DNA of 39,192 nucleotides from a virus. Where the stretch lies: the IMG/VR virus record IMGVR_UViG_3300026488_000006, positions 1 to 39,192 of that record; one strand, 5' to 3'. A model generated the notes under the pieces. The model was not told the DNA's origin. It made no database searches and saw only the letters and a program-made list of their open reading frames with translations. Positions within the stretch are counted from its first letter, which is position 1. Each line of letters opens with the position of its first letter. The position numbers and the translations under genes are program-made. Below, piece by piece: positions 1 through 8,749 of this stretch.

Positions 1-127
1 CTGCCGGACCGATGTTCCGGGCCTCGACCTCAAGGCGACCGGTGTTCAGCTCGACGGTAGCAGTCCAACGCCCCACATCGGGCTCAACGTTCACGTCGAG
101 AACCTCAATCTTAAACCGCCTCTTCCT
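1..127. repeat. Terminal direct repeat, copy 1 (identical to 39066-39192); circular-permutation overlap
   Basis: Read directly: nt 1-127 are identical to the last 127 nt of the window. Confidence 0.9.
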
Positions 128-137
128 TGGCATTAAA

Positions 138-1802
138 TCACCTCCTAACGACCTGTTTAAGATATGCCGTCGCCTGCGCGAGCTTCGGGCGTAGGAACGG
201 GTAAGGACCGCGGGTTATCACGACGGCCTCGCGGGCGCGAGTTAGGGCTACATACCAAACGCGCACCTCCGCCTCGAAATCCTCGCGGTCGCCCTCTTCG
301 AGCTCCGTGCGAATCCTCGGCGTGATGGTATCGTAAATTATCACCACGTCGGCCTCACGCCCCTTGGCCGAGTGAATAGTATCAATGTAGATTTCACCAG
401 CCGGCTTCTCCATCCGGCCATTAAGCCGAGCGCGCAACGCTTCGAGGGCAACCTCGGCTAAGGACTGACTACCAAGCGCCTCGGCCACCTTCTCCGGCTT
501 GAGCGGGCCGAGCGGGTCGCGGATTATCTTCTCGGCCAGTAGGTTTGATGGGTTAGCTGTGAGAACCTCGACGGCGCGGTCGAGCTTCGGGCCTTCGAGC
601 CCGGTGAGCCTAAGGTAAAAGCGCGCGTCGGAGCGGAGCGGTGGCTTCCTCTCCTTGAGCGTCTCGATGAAGTTCTCAATCCTGTCCACGAAGTCCTTCC
701 ACACCTGCATCCGGCGCGTCTTGAAGCGGTAGAACGGAACGCCCTTCTGGAGGAAGAGCTCTTCGAGGTCCTTCACCTGGCTGTTCGTGCGCGCGAGCAC
801 CATAACGGAGAAGCCCTTCCGCGCGAGGAGCAAGGCGTTGTCCGGGATACTCATAAAGTCTATGTCGCGCATCAACACCTTTCCACCCCGCACCCTCGGC
901 TGAAACTTCTTCGGGTAGCGGTTGCGGACGAAGAGCTTGACGAGGAGCTGTGAGGCGAGGAGCACTTGGGATGGTAAGCGGAAGGAGCGCTTGAGGACGA
1001 CAGTCTCGTCGGCGGGGAACTCGTGGAGCAAGAAGTCCGGAGAGGCGCCCTGGAAGCGGAAGAGCGTTTGGTCATCATCACCACTGATGATAGTAAATTC
1101 AGTGTCCACCATCCAGTTCTTAAAGACCTCCCATTGGAGCGGGCTGAAGTCCTGGAACTCATCCGCGATGAGCACCGGGCGCTCCGGGTGCACATCCGTG
1201 ACGAACGCCAGGGCGAGGATGTCATCGAAGTCTATGATTTTCTCGCGCCGTTTGAACTTGAGCCATTGCTCCGCAAGGACGCCCCACTCCTCGTTTTCAG
1301 CCATCAACTTGTCCACGACACGTCCGAGGTTTAAGAAGCGCGGGAAGTAAACGTTGACGGCGTAAGTGTAGGCGTTGAAGAACTGGTTGCCGGGCAGAGT
1401 CGTGAGCTCCTCGTTGGGGTCATAAGGGACGCCGACCTCGCGGGCGAACTTGGCCTTCCACCAGCCGACGGCCCCGGGCTTGCCGAGCGTCCGGCTGACC
1501 ACCCGGGGCGAGACAATGCGGGCAGAGCGGAGTAGGTGAAGCGCTATGCCGTGCATCGTGCCAAAGAGGCCCGCGCGGTAGCCACGCCGGAAGCCGACCC
1601 TGCCGACGAGCTCGTCAACCGCACTGTTGGTGAAGCTCATAAGGACGACTTCGCGGGGCGAGTAGGCCTTGTGCGGGAGGTCGAGGTCGTACTCTGCGAG
1701 CCACTCCGAAGCGTCGAGCCGGCCGGTTAGGTGGCCGAGTATCTGCGTGAGCGCGTAGGTCTTCCCCGTGCCCGGCGGGCCGAAGATTCGGAGGTTCACC
1801 AC
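138..1802 (-). CDS. Superfamily 1 DNA helicase, UvrD/Rep/PcrA-like
   Basis: Walker A GPPGTGKT; motif II ADEFQDF; motif III GDDDQTLFRFQGA; motif V TIHSAKGREADVV; motif VI VALTRAREAV. RBS GGAGGGGTGAT precedes the GTG start; the gene stop overlaps the RBS of the next gene across the origin. Confidence 0.85.
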   Translation of the reverse strand: MVNLRIFGPPGTGKTYALTQILGHLTGRLDASEWLAEYDLDLPHKAYSPREVVLMSFTNSAVDELVGRVGFRRGYRAGLFGTMHGIALHLLRSARIVSPRVVSRTLGKPGAVGWWKAKFAREVGVPYDPNEELTTLPGNQFFNAYTYAVNVYFPRFLNLGRVVDKLMAENEEWGVLAEQWLKFKRREKIIDFDDILALAFVTDVHPERPVLIADEFQDFSPLQWEVFKNWMVDTEFTIISGDDDQTLFRFQGASPDFLLHEFPADETVVLKRSFRLPSQVLLASQLLVKLFVRNRYPKKFQPRVRGGKVLMRDIDFMSIPDNALLLARKGFSVMVLARTNSQVKDLEELFLQKGVPFYRFKTRRMQVWKDFVDRIENFIETLKERKPPLRSDARFYLRLTGLEGPKLDRAVEVLTANPSNLLAEKIIRDPLGPLKPEKVAEALGSQSLAEVALEALRARLNGRMEKPAGEIYIDTIHSAKGREADVVIIYDTITPRIRTELEEGDREDFEAEVRVWYVALTRAREAVVITRGPYPFLRPKLAQATAYLKQVVRR

Positions 1803-1803
1803 A

Positions 1804-2757
1804 TCACCCCTCCGCGTCGTTCACGTAATCCCAGTCCCCAAAGTCGGTGCGGGTGCGCTCGATAGCCGAGAGAGCCTCATCAATCTCCGAGTGCGCCGGC
1901 TTGAGCTCGCGCTCCGTGAGCTCGACGAAGACCGCCTCTGGCACGAGGTAGTAGTACGGCCTCTTATATCCCACTCTAATCTGGCGCCTCTCGATGCCGA
2001 ACTTCCTAAGCGTCTCCGCGAGCTTCTTGATTGAAGTGATGCCCAGCATTGAGCGAGCCTTCTGACGGACGAGGCGCGCAAGGACGGCGTAGTACTTCCC
2101 GCGCTTGTCCACGTAAATCATCGCCTCGGGCACGGTCGCCTTGTCCTTCGCGCTCTCAAGGCTGATGGGCGGATAGAGGTCGTAGAGCTCTGCCATCAAC
2201 TCACCGACGCCGATGTCATCCTCGCGCACCATCACGGCTTGCTCGAAGGCGCGGGTAATCAACTGTTGAAGCTGGTCAACGCGCTCGCCGTCCTCGGTCT
2301 GATAGGTGCGCAGGATAATTGGGACATTGAAAAGCTCAAGCGTGAAAGAAGCAATCTCGCCGAGGACGGAGCGACGGTCAGAGGCGATGGATTTGACCGG
2401 GATGATAAGAGGCTCGTCCTTGCCGTAGAAGTAGATTTTAAGCTCCCGCGTCGCGCGGTTGTAGAGGATTTTATCCGCAAAGCTCAGCATCAGCGACACG
2501 GGGTCCGTCGCGACCAGCGGGCAGTTCATGATGTCACAGACTTCCGGGGCGACTTGGTTCACGCTGAGGCAGGAGAACGGCCTCGTAGCCCCCTTGGCCT
2601 CGCGGAAGAGCTCGCTCGCGAGGTCGTCCCCGGCCAGCTCGGCCACGTCGTTGTACTTCGGCTGGTACTCGTGGATGTAAGCCAGCACGAGCTCCTTCTC
2701 CTCGCCCGTGAGAGTGCCCTTTTCAAGGAGCGCCCTAATGCACGGAGGGAGGCTCAT
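1804..2757 (-). CDS. Hypothetical protein (317 aa) with a Cys cluster (CLSVNQVAPEVCDIMNCP); possible replication-associated protein
   Basis: RBS GGAGGTGAGGGT before ATG; its stop overlaps the helicase start. Function not recognisable. Confidence 0.6.
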   Translation of the reverse strand: MSLPPCIRALLEKGTLTGEEKELVLAYIHEYQPKYNDVAELAGDDLASELFREAKGATRPFSCLSVNQVAPEVCDIMNCPLVATDPVSLMLSFADKILYNRATRELKIYFYGKDEPLIIPVKSIASDRRSVLGEIASFTLELFNVPIILRTYQTEDGERVDQLQQLITRAFEQAVMVREDDIGVGELMAELYDLYPPISLESAKDKATVPEAMIYVDKRGKYYAVLARLVRQKARSMLGITSIKKLAETLRKFGIERRQIRVGYKRPYYYLVPEAVFVELTERELKPAHSEIDEALSAIERTRTDFGDWDYVNDAEG

Positions 2758-3347
2758 ACCCTCACCTCCATCACCGCCTCGTAGGCGACCTCCTCGCTAA
2801 TGAGCCCCTTATTTATAATATATAGTAGGTATCCAGCAACGTCTCTCTGCCTCAGCGGGAGCTTCACACCACGCCTCCAGAGCTCGTCGAGGAGGTAGCG
2901 CGAGGCGACCACGAAGAACACCTGTGGCTGGCGGAAGTTGTAGTTGAACGGGCCGAGGCGGAGAGTTGGGCCGAAGTGGAACTCCACGACGAGGTAACGG
3001 GCGACCGGTATCTCACCACGCTCAAGGCGGGCGTCCTTGAGCATACGCTTAAAGGCCTCAAAGGGGTCGGCGAACGGACAGGCCTTCCGGCGCTCCTCGT
3101 TGCAGTACTTCTTCAGGTGCTCCGGCTTTGCACCGAAGGGGCACGGAAAGAGCGGGGCGGTGTTCAGCATCGCCCGAATCCCGCGCTTCCTCTGTTCATA
3201 AGTATCGAAAGAGTAGTAGCCGAGGCTCCAGAGGGCCGGCTCAAGCTTTTCGTCGCCGAAGGTGTGGAAAAAGGATAAGAGGTCGTCGAGGGCCTCGGTG
3301 TCGCGGGCGGAGATGGCGTTTTTGACGCACTCCGGGAGCTCACTCAT
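2754..3347 (-). CDS. Hypothetical protein (about 197 aa) with Cys-rich segment (CPFGAKPEHLKKYCNEERRKACPF)
   Basis: Track ORF 2754..3419; start moved to the ATG at 3347, which follows RBS AAGGAGGTGG; the upstream part of the track ORF is probably untranslated. Confidence 0.55.
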   Translation of the reverse strand: MSELPECVKNAISARDTEALDDLLSFFHTFGDEKLEPALWSLGYYSFDTYEQRKRGIRAMLNTAPLFPCPFGAKPEHLKKYCNEERRKACPFADPFEAFKRMLKDARLERGEIPVARYLVVEFHFGPTLRLGPFNYNFRQPQVFFVVASRYLLDELWRRGVKLPLRQRDVAGYLLYIINKGLISEEVAYEAVMEVRV

Positions 3348-3522
3348 CGTGAGCCACCTCCTTGCGGACGACCAGCTTGTCGGCATAAACCTCGACCTTG
3401 ACGCGCTCGGTGTTGCCAATCCACCAGCGCGGGATGCTTATCCTCGGCGAGGTCCGGAACCTCTTGTCGAGGTACATTACCTTCCTTTCGAGGACAGCAG
3501 TCGGCTTCTCCATACGCACCAC
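3340..3522 (-). CDS. Small hypothetical protein (60 aa), first gene of the origin-spanning minus operon
   Basis: C-terminal codons contain the RBS of the next gene and its stop overlaps that gene's ATG (ATGAGTGA); TATA-like ATATTTAAGG lies upstream on the minus strand. Confidence 0.4.
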   Translation of the reverse strand: MVRMEKPTAVLERKVMYLDKRFRTSPRISIPRWWIGNTERVKVEVYADKLVVRKEVAHDE

Positions 3523-3708
3523 CGGGCATTAGTTAGTGCACTTCTCCTTAAATATCTTGCGAAAGCAGTTCCGTTTAACGCCGGCGGGCTTGTTAATTAG
3601 GCAAACACTTCTGTTTAACACTAGGGCAAGAGTTAGGCGCCACCGTTGCTGTGGGTCAGCCAGCCTCGACGGGCGCCGAAAATCCGGGGTAGCCAGCCAC
3701 TCTACATT

Positions 3709-4233
3709 GTCTTCACGTCATCGCAACGGGGCCCGGCGTTGCGGTGATGAAGACACATAGGTTTAAACTTGTCCGTTTTGTTACCCACTTCTGTTCCTAT
3801 GATGTGCTTATGTGGACGCCGAAAAAGGTAGGAGCGGGCTTTTTCGGTGTACAAAAGTGTTCTGAAGACAAAATCGCTTCTCACGAAGACACGTAATAAG
3901 GTGATGAAGACACAAAGGTTGACCTTATCACGGAAACAAGAGAGGGCTTTTTTGCCCATTTTAAAGGTAGGAGAATGCCGTTTCAATGTACAAAAGTGTT
4001 CTGAAGACAAAACCACTTCTCACGAAGACACGTAATTTCGGGCCCTGCTCCACTGACAGTAGTACTGCATCACCATAGGCCAGCATTACCAACGGCGGTG
4101 GCTCAACGCTTTGCTGGAAAAAATGTGCACATCTGGGGAATCAAGGTCAACCCCGTGTCTTCATCACTTTGTTACGTGTCTTCGTGAGAAGCGATTTTGT
4201 CTTCATCACCCCCATTACGTGTCTTCGTGAGAA
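3709..4233. repeat. Iteron array / putative replication origin or master regulatory region
   Basis: Two 49-bp direct repeats (3849-3897, 3988-4036); GTGATGAAGACAC at 3744-3756 and 3901-3913; inverted copies at 4155-4167, 4172-4209 and 4214-4233. At least 11 GAAGACA cores in about 525 bp, switching orientation around a 120-bp centre. Confidence 0.6.
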
Positions 4234-4335
4234 CCCAAAACAAGGGTATTTTTGGCTTATATGGTTAAACATGTGTGGTTTTACGGCGACTGTCTAAAAA
4301 CCGTAAAAAAGAAGTTAAGTCCCGGCGCTGGATGT

Positions 4336-5565
4336 CTAGAGCCACTGCCCCAACCGGTGGTTTTTGGCCACATCGCCAAGCTCCCGCTCAAACCTCCGCC
4401 TTATGATTTCGCAGTAGTCCGGATTCATCTCGATACCGACCCAACGCCTACCGAGCTTCTCCGCCACGACGAGAGTAGTCCCTGCTCCAGCAAACGGGTC
4501 GAGGACTACGCCGTCCTTCGGGCAAGCGACCTTAATTAAGAGCTCCGGGACGTCTGGCGGGAAGACCGCAAAGTGGGCGTCCTTGAACGGGCGGACGTTT
4601 ATTTGGATAACATCATTCGGGCGGACTTTGTAATCCCCCTCTCGTATCTTGCGGGCTATTCCTTCGTTGATTTCTCTAGAGCTCCTCGGATAAAGTTCGC
4701 CCTTGTTGTGAGGGCCAACTCTCCAGCGATACTTGGCTCGTTCCCGGGTCAATTCTGACGGTTCTGGTGCGACGGCTTTCCAATCAAAATAATACTTCGG
4801 CCTCTTCGTGAAGTGGAAGATGTACTCCCAGCTGTGGCTGAAGCGGTCTCTGACTGATTCGGGCATGGCGTTACCCTTCGTCGTCCTGTCTTTGTAAAAG
4901 TGCACTTTCTTTGCCCAGATTATTTTCTCCCGCAGAATCCAGCCCTCGTCGTAAACCATCTTGACGGCGAAGAGTTCAGGCACGAGAGCGAGGGACTTTT
5001 TCTTTAGTCCATCTGGCCACGCAACCTTTGGGACGTTGCTCCTCCCGTTCCACTTCGGGTCGTTGTCGTTGCCGAGACCATAACCGTGCCCACCACCAAC
5101 CCACGTGTCGTCAATGTTCACGAAGAGGCTCCCCGTCGGCTTGAGGACACGCTTGACCTCACGGAAAATCTCGACGAGGTGCTCGACAAACATCTGAGGA
5201 GTCGGCTCAAGGCCGAGCTGTCCATACCACGCCCCGCACTTCTTACAGATGAGGGCCGTCCGCTTGTTATACTTCTTTATCCGGGTCGTGCCCCTCGCTC
5301 CGACCACTTCGTCCTGCTTCCCGCGGACGTTGTTTCTGTTCTCGTGCTGAAGGCCAACTTCTTGCCCCACCCACTCGTGGTCGCAGTCCGGGTCGCCTCC
5401 AAAGACGGTGAACGTGGCGTCGCCGTAGTCCCTCTTGGCCCAATAGGGTGGAGAAGTAATTACCACATCCACGCTCTCATCAGGGAGATAGCGGAGCACT
5501 TCGAGGGCGTCTCCACAGTAGAGCCTGCCGAGCCGGGTTTCGAAGTAGGGCTCCATTCCAACCAT
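4336..5565 (-). CDS. DNA methyltransferase, beta-class amino-MTase (N6-adenine or N4-cytosine)
   Basis: Motif IV SPPYW near the N-terminus and motif I DPFAGAGTT near the C-terminus (order IV then I is the beta class). Track ORF 4336..5586; likely start is the ATG at 5565 after RBS GAGGTGGTG. Confidence 0.85.
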   Translation of the reverse strand: MVGMEPYFETRLGRLYCGDALEVLRYLPDESVDVVITSPPYWAKRDYGDATFTVFGGDPDCDHEWVGQEVGLQHENRNNVRGKQDEVVGARGTTRIKKYNKRTALICKKCGAWYGQLGLEPTPQMFVEHLVEIFREVKRVLKPTGSLFVNIDDTWVGGGHGYGLGNDNDPKWNGRSNVPKVAWPDGLKKKSLALVPELFAVKMVYDEGWILREKIIWAKKVHFYKDRTTKGNAMPESVRDRFSHSWEYIFHFTKRPKYYFDWKAVAPEPSELTRERAKYRWRVGPHNKGELYPRSSREINEGIARKIREGDYKVRPNDVIQINVRPFKDAHFAVFPPDVPELLIKVACPKDGVVLDPFAGAGTTLVVAEKLGRRWVGIEMNPDYCEIIRRRFERELGDVAKNHRLGQWL

Positions 5566-5576
5566 CCCGCACCACC

Positions 5577-6314
5577 TCACAGCCACCCCTTCTCGGCCTC
5601 AGCCTCCAGGAAGTCAAGAACCGAGCGGAGGCACTCCTTCAGCTTGGCAACCTTCGCCCGCCTCTGCTGGACCTCCTCGTCGCTCTCGCCGGCGCGCTTC
5701 AGCGTGAGCGTGTCGAGCATCAGCCTGAGGTACTTCGCGTGGGTCCTTGCCTCGTCGAGGCTGTCGCCGTGCACCTGGATGAGGGACTGTCCGTTGAACA
5801 GCACCGCGTCGGCGCCGAAGCGGTAGCCCGCGATGACCACCTCGTCCACGCCCCTGATACCGCTGTCCGGGTCGGCGAAGACCAGGAGCGCGACGGCGCG
5901 GTCGGTGCGGGTGTGTTCATCGAGCTCGACCGGCCCGTGACTACCGGTTAAGCGAAGGCGGTAGATGACTTTCCCGGGCACGGCCACGGCGACGGCCCTG
6001 TCGAGCTCGAACGCCGGGTAGCCGGCCAGCTGGAGCGCCCTGGCGAACACGCGGTTTGGCCCGAGGAGCGTCCAGCCGTACTCTGGGTCGCCCCACTCCT
6101 CGACGAGGCCGGACAGGGACCTTATGAGCTCCCCCAGCGCCTGCTTCGTGAGCGGTAGCCTGTTCTCCTGCCAAAGCGAGCGGAGCTTTTCGGCCAGCTC
6201 GGCCACGCTCTCGCTGTCGGCCACGGCGTCCGCTATGTCGTGGTAGAGCCGGACGAGCTCCGCCCTGTCGGGAATCACTATGTGGTCGAGCTCGTAGCGC
6301 GCCACCTCACGCAC
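5577..6314 (-). CDS. Hypothetical protein (245 aa) immediately upstream of and overlapping the methyltransferase
   Basis: Co-oriented, 3' end overlaps the MTase start; no convincing nuclease motif seen. Confidence 0.55.
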   Translation of the reverse strand: MREVARYELDHIVIPDRAELVRLYHDIADAVADSESVAELAEKLRSLWQENRLPLTKQALGELIRSLSGLVEEWGDPEYGWTLLGPNRVFARALQLAGYPAFELDRAVAVAVPGKVIYRLRLTGSHGPVELDEHTRTDRAVALLVFADPDSGIRGVDEVVIAGYRFGADAVLFNGQSLIQVHGDSLDEARTHAKYLRLMLDTLTLKRAGESDEEVQQRRAKVAKLKECLRSVLDFLEAEAEKGWL

Positions 6315-6405
6315 CTCCGCACCTGGCTTTTCTCTTCACGGCCCACTCTATGAGTGTAGCGCCGGCGTAAGCGAGAATCATGTCGGAGGATGGTGTCTTC
6401 ATGGC

Positions 6406-6573
6406 TCACCACACCTCCTCGACGCGGACGAGGGCGACTTGTTTGAAAGACCCGGTTTTCCCTATGAGTTCGGCCACGGTTCGGGCCTTATCGCTGTCGT
6501 CGTTGGCGCAGAGGATGCGGAGGTAGTCGCGCCCTTGGACTTCTTCGACGCCAAGGACCCAATACCGGGTCAC
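6406..6573 (-). CDS. Small hypothetical protein (55 aa)
   Basis: Not in the ORF track (<60 aa). GTG start two nt after the upstream stop; C-terminal codons GAGGAGGTGTGGTGA carry an RBS; protein-like composition. Confidence 0.35.
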   Translation of the reverse strand: MTRYWVLGVEEVQGRDYLRILCANDDSDKARTVAELIGKTGSFKQVALVRVEEVW

Positions 6574-6575
6574 GT

Positions 6576-6836
6576 TCACCACCTCACCGCGACCATTGTC
6601 CAGGTGGCGTTCTCGCCGAGCGCGACTTTGAAGTCGTAGCCGTTCTCTTTAAGCCATGTGATGGCCTTCTCCGCCGGGCCGTCGGCGGGCCCGCCTCTGA
6701 ACCACGCGAAGACTGTGCTTTTCTTTGGCGAGTAGCTGATGAGGTATGCTCCGAGCTCCTCAAGCTTTGCCACGAGGCGTCCAAAGTGGTAGTAGTCACC
6801 CGCCTTGAAGAAGCCCTTAGCTATCACCATCACCAC
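6576..6836 (-). CDS. Hypothetical protein (about 85 aa)
   Basis: RBS GGAGGTGGTG then ATG; stop overlaps the next start. Confidence 0.5.
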   Translation of the reverse strand: MVMVIAKGFFKAGDYYHFGRLVAKLEELGAYLISYSPKKSTVFAWFRGGPADGPAEKAITWLKENGYDFKVALGENATWTMVAVRW

Positions 6837-7359
6837 CTCCGAGCGTCTGGGTGAACCAGCCCTTCGTGGCGAGTACCTTCACGGCCTGCTCGGCAGGGAT
6901 GATTTTATCCAGTAGGCCGGCGAGTTCAGCCCAGCGCTCGTCCGGGTAGAACATTGCCGATTGGGCGACGCGCCTGAGGTTCTTTAGCGCTTTCACCGCG
7001 AGCATTCCGGCTTCCCTCGGCGTGACGAACCACTCCGGGGCGAGGACGAAGCCCGCCTTGGCGCCGTTGGTGTAGATGGTCAGCCGGCGCATCTTCCGCG
7101 CCCCACTCTTTGTGAGCAGGTTGAGGAAAGCCAGCGGGAGCGTTAGTACGTTCCGCTCGCCCTCGGCTACGCCTTGGAACTCCTTCTTCAGCCCCGCCGG
7201 GATGTGGTGCTCCTCGACTGCCACGAGGAAGTTGCTGTTCGTCCAGAGGTAGTAGGTGCCCGGTGCCACCGTTAGTCTCGCTTGGTGGCCAGGGATGAGG
7301 AGTAAGTACCTACTCGCCGGCCTGAGCTCTTGTTTAAGTGCCCAGTCGAGCGGAGTCAT
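6817..7359 (-). CDS. Hypothetical protein (180 aa)
   Basis: RBS GGAGGTGATG before ATG at 7359; C-terminus ends in Gly-rich codons that form the next gene's RBS. Confidence 0.55.
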   Translation of the reverse strand: MTPLDWALKQELRPASRYLLLIPGHQARLTVAPGTYYLWTNSNFLVAVEEHHIPAGLKKEFQGVAEGERNVLTLPLAFLNLLTKSGARKMRRLTIYTNGAKAGFVLAPEWFVTPREAGMLAVKALKNLRRVAQSAMFYPDERWAELAGLLDKIIPAEQAVKVLATKGWFTQTLGGGDGDS

Positions 7360-8057
7360 TCGGCATCACCTCCGAGCTTCATCCAGTGGTCGTACTCATC
7401 GAGGAGCAACTTTATCGCGTCGCGGGCGAGTGGGCGCATTTTCGGGAGGCAGGCCTTCACGAGCTTGCTGTAAACTTCCAGCTCGCCCGCGCCGACCTCG
7501 CCGGCGTTGAGCTCGCGAACGATGTTCCGCGCCTGCATAACTACTGTGTTCTCGGTTATGTGGTGGACGCCCCCCCTCGTGCCCAACGCCTTCATGGAGT
7601 AGTTGCCAGTGATTGGGTTGAAGAACACGCGCACCTTCCGGAACGTCCATAGTGGAACGCTCTTGCTGGCCTTGACCTTGCCGTCGAGCTTGTAGTAAAC
7701 ACGCCCGTCAATGATGCGCATTTCCCCCTCCTTGAGCTCGTCCTTGAGCACCCACTTGCCCACTTTCTTTGGACTCTTCGCTTTCTTTCCCGGCCCGGCC
7801 CCGGCTTTGTCCTCTACCTCGGCGCCTTTGTCGGCGAGGCCGAGCTCCGGCGCCTCCGTTTTGGCCGGTTGGGGGGCCGGGACAACATTGGGGCTTTTCT
7901 TGCCCAGCCTAATGGAGTCCTCAATGTTCTTTATGAAGACGTGGGCGGTTCGCTTGCTGACGCCGACCTTGAGGAGCTCCTCTTCGAGGGCCTTCTTGGC
8001 AGAAAAATATTCGGAGACGGCGGAAACGAAGCGGGCGACGGCTTCGTCGAGGCTCAT
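7356..8057 (-). CDS. Hypothetical protein (233 aa) with a Lys/Ala/Pro-rich basic linker; possible DNA-binding protein
   Basis: RBS GGGGGTGA before ATG; low-complexity basic segment PAPQPAKTEAPELGLADKGAEVEDKAGAGPGKKAKSPKK. Confidence 0.55.
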   Translation of the reverse strand: MSLDEAVARFVSAVSEYFSAKKALEEELLKVGVSKRTAHVFIKNIEDSIRLGKKSPNVVPAPQPAKTEAPELGLADKGAEVEDKAGAGPGKKAKSPKKVGKWVLKDELKEGEMRIIDGRVYYKLDGKVKASKSVPLWTFRKVRVFFNPITGNYSMKALGTRGGVHHITENTVVMQARNIVRELNAGEVGAGELEVYSKLVKACLPKMRPLARDAIKLLLDEYDHWMKLGGDAE

Positions 8058-8317
8058 TTGGTGTCACCCCCGAGCGCGACCAGCAACGCTTCCACGAGGC
8101 GCCAGGACTTCGGCCCGGTGAGGATTGCGTCAAAGTGGTCGTCGTGCTCAAGCGTGTGGACCTCGCGGAGCTCGGCGTTGCCTTTCACCCAGGCGCCCCT
8201 CCTGGCGTCGAAGTTCCAGCCGGCCCTTTCGAGGACGGCCCAAAGCGTCTGTGGCCTCATCTCCGGCACGAGGATGAAGAACTCCTGCCCCGCGAGCCTC
8301 AGCGCGAGCTCAATCAT
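8054..8317 (-). CDS. Hypothetical protein (87 aa)
   Basis: RBS GGGGGAGGTG before ATG at 8317; tiled in operon. Confidence 0.5.
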   Translation of the reverse strand: MIELALRLAGQEFFILVPEMRPQTLWAVLERAGWNFDARRGAWVKGNAELREVHTLEHDDHFDAILTGPKSWRLVEALLVALGGDTK

Positions 8318-8643
8318 GTTGCACCTCCCCCAGCGCCTTTATTGCTCGGCTGATTTGAGTTAGGCTGATTCGAGCCCTGGTTTGAGCCGGCCTGATTTGA
8401 GCGCGCTTCGGCTATAGCTTCGGCGAGCGCCAATTCTGCGAGCTTCGTGGCCACGCTCTTTCCGTCAGCGTCAATCATCATCAAGAACAGGCCAAAGCTT
8501 TCGTCTTCCTTCCCCTGCTCGCGGAGTTCGGCAATTTTCTCGGCCAGCTGTCGGTTCCACTCTTCACGGCTTAGCCCGCTCTCCTGCCACAGCTCCTCGG
8601 GCGTGACGACCTTCGCTCCGGCGTGCCTAACTTTGGCCTTCAT
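8314..8643 (-). CDS. Hypothetical protein (109 aa) with C-terminal SNQ-repeat low-complexity tail
   Basis: RBS GAGGGGGGTGAGCT before ATG at 8643; tail encoded by imperfect tandem repeat at 8349-8402. Confidence 0.5.
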   Translation of the reverse strand: MKAKVRHAGAKVVTPEELWQESGLSREEWNRQLAEKIAELREQGKEDESFGLFLMMIDADGKSVATKLAELALAEAIAEARSNQAGSNQGSNQPNSNQPSNKGAGGGAT

Positions 8644-8749
8644 AGCTCACCCCCCTCATGAAAGAATAGCACAGGCCGGCGCGGTACTTCATAGCAGTAC
8701 CACCGGTGCTACTACGGCGCTGGGGCTTATAAGGATTGCCACCACAAAG

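Noticed and set aside
12-194. Plus-strand ORF (60 aa) inside the terminal repeat
   Set aside because: Antisense to the junction-spanning gene and the helicase 3' end; no RBS; low-complexity product.
872-1350. Nested ORFs (872..1225 minus, 922..1350 and 1023..1334 plus) inside the helicase gene
   Set aside because: Lie within the motif-supported helicase coding sequence in alternative frames; Ser/Arg-rich products.
3709-4233. Possibility that the repeat cluster is a CRISPR array
   Set aside because: Repeats occur in both orientations and vary in length and spacing; no regular repeat-spacer periodicity and no cas genes.
3523-4335. Possible tRNA gene or attachment site in the long intergenic region
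   Set aside because: No T-loop-like (GGTTCGAATCC-type) sequence or cloverleaf-compatible segment seen, and no integrase on the element.
4252-4539. Plus-strand ORF (95 aa) following the iteron region
   Set aside because: Most of it overlaps the methyltransferase 3' end on the opposite strand; the motif-supported MTase gene is preferred.
5086-5826. Long plus-strand ORF (246 aa) antisense to the methyltransferase and its upstream gene
   Set aside because: Fully overlaps well-supported minus-strand genes; low-complexity Ala/Arg/Ser-rich translation typical of antisense frames in GC-rich DNA; no RBS.
5577-6314. Calling the ORF upstream of the methyltransferase a restriction endonuclease
   Set aside because: No convincing PD-(D/E)xK or HNH motif could be read; adjacency alone is insufficient, so it is listed only as a hypothesis.
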